The notes beneath the pieces were generated by a model. It saw only the letters and a list, made by a program, of their open reading frames with translations. It was not told the DNA's origin and made no database searches. Below are positions 58,210-64,000 of a stretch of 64,000 nt of DNA, piece after piece (the first letter of the stretch is position 1; each line of letters begins with the position of its first letter). Made by a program: the position numbers and the translations under genes. Origin of the DNA: an uncultured virus (IMG/VR IMGVR_UViG_3300044568_006268) (Duplodnaviria > Heunggongvirae > Uroviricota > Caudoviricetes); IMG/VR virus record IMGVR_UViG_3300044568_006268, positions 62,001-126,000 of that record, one strand, 5' to 3'.

Positions 58210-58485
58210 TTACAGTTTCGGTGCTTCAACTTTGGTACTTGGTTTTAACTTAATAAAGTAGGATGTTTCCATCGTAGATACTCTAATAGATTTCTGACCA
58301 TTTGTTTCGTCAAATACAACTGCTTTTACCGCTTCATATCCTTTGCATAAGTCTCTTACAAGGCCGATTGCAATGATAGGTTCTTTCGCATTGTTTTGAA
58401 CCAATTGTTTGATTTTGAAATACTGATCTTTTCTTAAACGGTTAGTTACTGGAACCTCATCGTTAACACTTTCTGGTCTTGCCAT
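58210..58485 (-). CDS. hypothetical protein
   Basis: 91 aa ORF behind a CATATAA promoter. Confidence 0.65.
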   Translation of the reverse strand: MARPESVNDEVPVTNRLRKDQYFKIKQLVQNNAKEPIIAIGLVRDLCKGYEAVKAVVFDETNGQKSIRVSTMETSYFIKLKPSTKVEAPKL

Positions 58486-58524
58486 AGTTTTCTTATTTTA
58501 TATGATTAATTTGATAATTAGTTT

Positions 58525-58788
58525 TTAGTAAAAGTAGCCATTGTGAACAATTTGTATAGCTTGTTCGTATTGTTGACCGACTTTTTCTTGTCCTTCTGAA
58601 CCTAAGTAAGAAGGAGTAATTTCTAAGATGCATGTTCCTTTAACAGTATCGATACTCACTAACTTTGACCTTAAGGTAGCAGAATGATTATCTGGACCGA
58701 TTTTTCCTATTACGGATTGAAGGTCGTAAGCCATTCTGTTAATAGTTTGTTGTTGGTACTCAGCGAATTTTGAATCGGACATAAACAT
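58525..58788 (-). CDS. hypothetical early protein
   Basis: Own promoter box. Confidence 0.65.
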   Translation of the reverse strand: MFMSDSKFAEYQQQTINRMAYDLQSVIGKIGPDNHSATLRSKLVSIDTVKGTCILEITPSYLGSEGQEKVGQQYEQAIQIVHNGYFY

Positions 58789-58981
58789 AATATGTGTTTT
58801 TAATTATAAGTAAATCTAATCATTTTAGGCGAAACTAGGAAATGATTTGTGCATTATTTTCAAAAAGTTATTAACAATTGAGAGGTGTAGCATATCGATT
58901 TAATGCTCTTAATATTTACTCGGTGAGCACCTCTCAATGTTAATTATCAGTTTACATATTGTAAGTGTTGAGGTTTACAAA

Positions 58982-59272
58982 TTATTTCACTAAGAACCTT
59001 GAAGCTCCAGTTCTTCTTGACTCAACGATTTCAGATAAAATGTTTTTGGTATTTACCACTTGTACGTAGTTTTTTCTAGCGTATAATTGAACAAATACTT
59101 TTCTAGACATATTAATGGTTTTCTCAACGATTGCGTTGGTAGTAGTCATTTGGATTGCATTTTCGTTTAAGGCAGTAATCTCGAAAATGTTGTTAGCACC
59201 ATTACGGATAATTTGACCTTTTGCAATTGTAGCGTTGATTGTTGTTTCTGAGGTAGTGTTGATTGTTGTCAT
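58982..59272 (-). CDS. hypothetical early protein
   Basis: Own promoter box. Confidence 0.65.
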   Translation of the reverse strand: MTTINTTSETTINATIAKGQIIRNGANNIFEITALNENAIQMTTTNAIVEKTINMSRKVFVQLYARKNYVQVVNTKNILSEIVESRRTGASRFLVK

Positions 59273-59470
59273 AATGAATAAGTTGTTGTTTTTAATTATA
59301 AGTAAATCTAATCATTATTGGCGATACTTGAAAATAAAAACTGTTAAATTTTTGTTAAAGTTTTGAAACTTTTTTGGTCAGCCAGATTATCAAAAGGCAG
59401 GTAATAACACTAGCTATTACAAAGCCTAAGAATAAGCCCATGACCTGGATGGCTATAGTAAATGGATCCA

Positions 59471-59845
59471 TTAGTAGAAAAGAGATAAAAGGTTATTGTA
59501 ATCCGCAGGAGTAGACACTCTAAATGTCTTCATATCTGGTACACAAGTTCCTTTATAATCATCAGTACTGTACTTAGCTTTTGCAAGTTCCATTGCCTCT
59601 TCTTTAGTGTGAGCATATTCACTGTTCCAACCTCCACCTTCAAAGTTAAATAAGAATTCGTATTTAGCTGAGGTAGCCTTTTCTAATTGGTTGATGACGT
59701 CTTGATTTTCAGCCATTTGCTCGAGAATTTCGTTTTCCATTACATCAGATAATTCCATTACATTACACATAGCGTGCATATTAATGTTACGATTCTTAAG
59801 GATAATAATTCTTTCTAAAGCTGATTGTCTCTGTGCTTGTGTCAT
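59471..59845 (-). CDS. hypothetical protein
   Basis: 124 aa ORF. Confidence 0.65.
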   Translation of the reverse strand: MTQAQRQSALERIIILKNRNINMHAMCNVMELSDVMENEILEQMAENQDVINQLEKATSAKYEFLFNFEGGGWNSEYAHTKEEAMELAKAKYSTDDYKGTCVPDMKTFRVSTPADYNNLLSLFY

Positions 59846-59969
59846 GATTATTTTATTTTGTTAAAGGTTTTATATAGTCGAAAAAAACTCGTTTTTAAGG
59901 AAATTCTTTGATTGATATTCAAATTACCGTGAATGGTATAAAAATGCTTTAATGCCATAATGTATATTA

Positions 59970-60320
59970 TTAGTTAATGAATGATCCGTTTTCGTCGATT
60001 AGGTTTAGGTTATCTAGAGTCTCATAACCAAGAGGAGTAATGTGCATGGTTCCATAAGCATCGGGAGACCAATAAGGATTACGGGTTTTGTTTCCGTCCT
60101 TGTCGATGTTAAATTTTTTCTCACCTTCTTGGATATTGACAAGACCTTTAGTAGATAGTGAAGCGAAAACTCCACCTCTTTTACTTTTAGGTATTGAACA
60201 GGCATCGTACACTGAGAAATCCCATAAGATAGATTCTCGTCCATTTTCATAGAAATCCGAGTAAGTAATAGATTTCAGAGCAAGTAGCTCGAGGTCGGTA
60301 AGGGTGATTGGAGTTGTCAT
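59970..60320 (-). CDS. winged-helix-like early protein
   Basis: GGVFASLSTKGLV...ITPLG. Confidence 0.6.
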   Translation of the reverse strand: MTTPITLTDLELLALKSITYSDFYENGRESILWDFSVYDACSIPKSKRGGVFASLSTKGLVNIQEGEKKFNIDKDGNKTRNPYWSPDAYGTMHITPLGYETLDNLNLIDENGSFIN

Positions 60321-60744
60321 AACGTATTGTTTTAATTTGATAAGTAAAACTAATCATTTTAGGCGACAAATGGAAATGTTTCGGCAACTATTTTTAGAAA
60401 GTTATTAACAATTTAGAGTGGCCGAAGTTGTGAAAAACCAGGTAGTAGACTAGCTGATGTTGTACTAGGGTTGATAAAAGCCACAAAAAGCCAGACGGGA
60501 GTCTAGCTGGGTGTATAAAGGTGAATCGGATTTCGCTTCGCCGGTATTGTGGGTGAGCCATTAGGCCTTTCTGGTATTGGAGTACTTTGCATTTTATTGA
60601 CGACGGCGAGTATCGAACGAGCTCATCTATTACATTTTTGTCTGCTCGGTGGACTAGGAGTAATAATCTTTCATTGAAATGCTCCTCCTCGCACGGGTGC
60701 ACGATAGGCACACATGTGCTGGAGTGGCTTACTTACTCGCTACC

Positions 60745-60969
60745 CTACTGCATGTTTCTAAAATCATCATCATTAGGTCCTTCTATTAGGATTCTTATTA
60801 CATGATATACGAATAGGCAGATAGCTATAGGCCATAATAAGATGAGATTGATACGTTCACTATTAGACTTGATTTGATATTCTTGTATAGCTGTAGACTT
60901 TAATATAAGTTCTGCTATGATAGAGACTATTGAGCCTATTACTAGATAGATGGAGATGTTGTATAACAT
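60745..60969 (-). CDS. small membrane protein
   Basis: Two TM segments, LLWP. Confidence 0.6.
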   Translation of the reverse strand: MLYNISIYLVIGSIVSIIAELILKSTAIQEYQIKSNSERINLILLWPIAICLFVYHVIRILIEGPNDDDFRNMQ

Positions 60970-61018
60970 TTTTATTATTTAGTGGTGGTAGGAATTTTTA
61001 TTTTGTGGCGAACGGTCG

Positions 61019-61480
61019 CTAGGATGACTTGGTAGCCGCGTTCCTGGAGAGCATTTCGTTGATAATTTTAACTTCGACTTGATGGTGGATGCTCTTCTTG
61101 TATTTAGTCGTTGACCATTTATGAGAACGGTCAACAAAGATGATTGGATTTGGTAGCTCCTTACCGGTAAATGGTTGATCGATATAATCGTCACCTAAAA
61201 ACCGGACTGATGTTGGATTGTCCTTCATCCAATTGAGAAATCCTTCTTCGGTATGATAAACTCCTATCTGGTCAACGGATCTCAATTCTAATAAGATAAC
61301 AGCTCTCTCTTCGACTGAGAGTACAGGTGCTAATTTATGAGGTCTTTCTGCGGATGGGTCGACATGTATTAAGACAACGAGTTTTTCGCAATGTGCTTTC
61401 GCATCGCCAAATAACTTAATGTAACCAGGATGTATCACATCAAAGGCACCGGCTACAAAGCCTACTTCGTATTTTTTCAT
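61019..61480 (-). CDS. cytidylyltransferase-like (glycerol-3-phosphate CTase family)
   Basis: GAFD.IHPGY, ER...L, GDDY, R....STT. Confidence 0.85.
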   Translation of the reverse strand: MKKYEVGFVAGAFDVIHPGYIKLFGDAKAHCEKLVVLIHVDPSAERPHKLAPVLSVEERAVILLELRSVDQIGVYHTEEGFLNWMKDNPTSVRFLGDDYIDQPFTGKELPNPIIFVDRSHKWSTTKYKKSIHHQVEVKIINEMLSRNAATKSS

Positions 61481-61683
61481 AGATTTCTAGCTTTTAACAT
61501 GGCATCGGCTATCTTATAGCTTTCTGCGGCTCGGCTATCGTAGTTTGTTAACACTGAGCCATATTTTGCAGTAAATCCTTGCATTGCGGCTGCCGCAAAA
61601 TAATCTCTTAAGGACATGCCAGAATATTCTTCTTGTACAGTATCAGCTGGAAATGCGTTAGGGTTAGGTGGTTTTGTTTCCAT
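61477..61683 (-). CDS. small phage protein with GMSLRDYFAA motif
   Basis: GMSLRDYFAA..MQG...Y.IADAML.AR. Confidence 0.8.
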   Translation of the reverse strand: METKPPNPNAFPADTVQEEYSGMSLRDYFAAAAMQGFTAKYGSVLTNYDSRAAESYKIADAMLKARNL

Positions 61684-61970
61684 TAAAATTTAATTTGATT
61701 GTTAGTAAATAGCTTTTCAGTTTGTCGAACGATGGCTTCTTCATAAGTTTCTTCTCGGTCCTTCTTCCACCATTTCGTATGTTTAACCATTTCTCGTTTA
61801 ACGATGTTTTCGTCACCTCGTTGTTCGGTTTCTAATGCGCCAAAGTTGACAAGTCCAGCTTCTAAATAGCCTAAATGTGCATATAGAGCAGGAGTGCCCA
61901 TATGGTCTCTTTTGGTTTTGAGTGTATTATAGCAATATTGCAAGTGGCTGAGAGTAAGTTTATTCTCCAT
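61683..61970 (-). CDS. hypothetical protein
   Basis: 95 aa ORF. Confidence 0.6.
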   Translation of the reverse strand: MENKLTLSHLQYCYNTLKTKRDHMGTPALYAHLGYLEAGLVNFGALETEQRGDENIVKREMVKHTKWWKKDREETYEEAIVRQTEKLFTNNQIKF

Positions 61971-61973
61971 AAT

Positions 61974-62183
61974 TTATTTCTTGTTAGCGGGTTCGAATGT
62001 TGACGTATACCAATTTTTGTCGTATAAACCTTTTGGCCATTCTTTTGATTCGATTACAACACCTTGAAATTCTTTACTCGAGTAGTTGCAGGTAGTTTCA
62101 GTACACATAATTATAGTGTTACCTGATTTGTTTGTGTATAATTCTCCTTTTAGGAAAACTTTTCTTTCTATAAAATCTTCCAT
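61974..62183 (-). CDS. hypothetical protein
   Basis: 69 aa ORF. Confidence 0.6.
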   Translation of the reverse strand: MEDFIERKVFLKGELYTNKSGNTIIMCTETTCNYSSKEFQGVVIESKEWPKGLYDKNWYTSTFEPANKK

Positions 62184-62186
62184 ATC

Positions 62187-62762
62187 TTATTGGTTTTCGT
62201 CATAATATCCGTAATCTACTCCTGTGCAATCGACGCATCTATCGCATTGTTCTAAACATTGTTCGTCATAATCTACCTTATCGCCGCAATAGAAGTTTCT
62301 TTTGCGTTTGCTGTTTTCTAGCTTTTCAGTTTCATATTTAGTTAAAATCCATCTAACATTCGTTTCCGTATCTTTGCCTTCTAGGCCAGCTTCAACGATA
62401 TTGTATTGGTTGTAGCCGGCATTATAAGCTCTTCGCATTAACTCTAAAATATCTACATTGGTTAGGCTGAAAGTTTTTTGTGCTAATTTATAACCATCAA
62501 TAAATGATAGTTCATCTCCATATTGATTTCTTTCAACCGATGATAGTAAATAATTTTCAGCAAGTTTATCAAGTGTTTCTTGTTTAGGTTCTTCTAATGT
62601 AATTTCCTTCAATGATTGTAATTCTATAATACTTCGATTTCCAAAACCTATTTGTTTTAATTTTCGAGGTTCTATGTTAATAGCCTCTTCGAAAGTTATA
62701 TTAAATTGTTTAAAGGAATTTTCTAACCTTGCCGATATTTCTTGTTCGTTGTTATTTGTCAT
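62187..62762 (-). CDS. hypothetical protein
   Basis: 191 aa ORF, Cys-rich tail. Confidence 0.65.
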   Translation of the reverse strand: MTNNNEQEISARLENSFKQFNITFEEAINIEPRKLKQIGFGNRSIIELQSLKEITLEEPKQETLDKLAENYLLSSVERNQYGDELSFIDGYKLAQKTFSLTNVDILELMRRAYNAGYNQYNIVEAGLEGKDTETNVRWILTKYETEKLENSKRKRNFYCGDKVDYDEQCLEQCDRCVDCTGVDYGYYDENQ

Positions 62763-63174
62763 CTTCTATATCTTTAGGTCCACATTCACATGTTGTAGTG
62801 TGTCCACAATAGCATTTTATTTCGATTGTATCTTCGATGCAAGTACATGACTCTAATGCTGTATTGCAATCATTACATACTTTTGGCAGCCATTTGATGT
62901 TGGCAAGTATTTCTCTAGCTCTATCATTACTCTTTTTGAATAGCTCTTGACCTTTAAATTTGTCGATGAATTCTTTAAGTTTAGCCTTCTTGTCGTCGTT
63001 AAAGACTTCTTCGTGAGTAATTTCCCTTTTAGAAACTTTCGATTCTTCTTCATCTACTTCCGTGATAGATGAGATTTTGAAATTGTATCTTTTTATCCAA
63101 CTAGCTAATTCACTAGATTCCATTGTTGATACTGAACTACCAAATTCGGTAAAATATCTGACTGCTACTTTCAT
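62752..63174 (-). CDS. hypothetical protein
   Basis: 140 aa ORF, CYCGHT..C.C. Confidence 0.65.
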   Translation of the reverse strand: MKVAVRYFTEFGSSVSTMESSELASWIKRYNFKISSITEVDEEESKVSKREITHEEVFNDDKKAKLKEFIDKFKGQELFKKSNDRAREILANIKWLPKVCNDCNTALESCTCIEDTIEIKCYCGHTTTCECGPKDIEDDK

Positions 63175-63262
63175 ATTAATTTATTATGACATTATGACAT
63201 ACATTACTATTTCTACAAATATTATAAATAAGGCAAACATACAGATTGCAAATTTATCGTCA

Positions 63263-63802
63263 CTACTCAACCGTTTCACTTGTTCTGCGTTTTGGTTGAT
63301 GCTTAGCTAAACGCATTTCAATTTTGTTGACTAACTTTAGATTTTTGTACATTTCTATATTGTCAAGGTATTTTTGATGTCCGGCTTTTGCCACTTTAAT
63401 TAAATCCGATTCTTCAGCATCGGTAAGTTCATAAACTAAATCACCACATTGAATTTTTGTTACAAAATTCCATTCTCGTTCACATAATACAATATTCGGA
63501 CGAAGAAACCTTTTCTTAAAGATTGTTTCCTTTTCGTTAATATTTGTGCTAGTGTATACTCGAATGTCAGGTTCACCATCAGGAAATTTCAAACTAAAAG
63601 AAAGAATGTCTCGTTCAAAATATTCTCTTTTAGGGTAAGCACCATTATCTACTGCAATGTCAGTTAACCATTTAGTGCAATAATTACCTTTCCATGTCGG
63701 ATCACATCCACCAACAATACTATTGATGGTGTCTTTAAATACTGACTTGTCGGTCATACCCTCAATTTCGAGATGAATTAGTCTTAGTAGTTTTTCTTTC
63801 AT
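63263..63802 (-). CDS. hypothetical protein
   Basis: 179 aa ORF. Confidence 0.65.
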   Translation of the reverse strand: MKEKLLRLIHLEIEGMTDKSVFKDTINSIVGGCDPTWKGNYCTKWLTDIAVDNGAYPKREYFERDILSFSLKFPDGEPDIRVYTSTNINEKETIFKKRFLRPNIVLCEREWNFVTKIQCGDLVYELTDAEESDLIKVAKAGHQKYLDNIEMYKNLKLVNKIEMRLAKHQPKRRTSETVE

Positions 63803-64000
63803 GATTACTTGTTTCTTGATTTTAATAATTCAACTGCTATTTCGATACCATCTAACTTAGCTTCGTAATAACCTATGGCATTGTCGTCTGTAGTTTCCTC
63901 TTCTCCTTCTTGTAAATAAGAATATACATCGGCAATAAAGGTAGGTTGACCTTCTAATGTGTGACCTTCATATGTTACTTGAACAATAATATCATGTTCA

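Noticed and set aside
1447..60411. Repeated TTGTTAATAAC elements as a CRISPR array or mobile element
   Set aside because: Dispersed kilobases apart, always upstream of genes, with no spacer periodicity and no cas or transposase gene
61019..61480. Cytidylyltransferase as the NMN adenylyltransferase of a NARP2 pathway
   Set aside because: Motifs (GDDY, R....STT) fit the glycerol-3-phosphate CTase type, and it is 40 kb from the NAD genes
7884..63310. Plus-strand ORFs throughout (e.g. 7884, 13243, 34040, 41968, 57222)
   Set aside because: Antisense shadows of well-supported minus-strand genes; 34040..34762 is the collagen repeat read backwards
1..64000. Stop-codon reassignment
   Set aside because: Genes are full length in code 11, TGA and TAG both end genes, and no suppressor tRNA was found

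Overview
64 kb of an AT-rich, large (T4-like/jumbo-type) phage genome. Essentially all real genes are on the minus strand. TAnnTTTG promoter elements point to a Bacteroidota host (inference). From left to right: (i) a 7.7 kb array of 35 canonical tRNA genes covering all 20 amino acids, interspersed with tRNA-like RNAs whose anticodon arms are expanded or interrupted; (ii) RNA repair, nucleotide and NAD genes (RNA ligase, phosphoesterase, RadA-like ATPase, Hsp20, Prs-like plus NAMPT-like pair with a macrodomain, photolyase-like, SpoT-type HD, CCA-adding enzyme); (iii) fibre/collagen genes and a lysis cassette with a complete two-component system between two endolysins; (iv) an array of about 15 genes sharing a T4-internal-protein-like N-terminal tag; (v) a 1 kb strand-skewed non-coding region and small early-type genes. 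Main discovery: the tRNA array is divided into three blocks. Each block is headed by the same promoter, a 24-32 aa leader ORF and an intrinsic terminator, and each leader's codons match the amino acids, even the isoacceptors, of the tRNAs in its own block. This looks like ribosome-mediated attenuation that switches on phage tRNA genes when the matching charged tRNAs run short. All calls were read by eye without database searches, and RNA coordinates may be off by a few nt.
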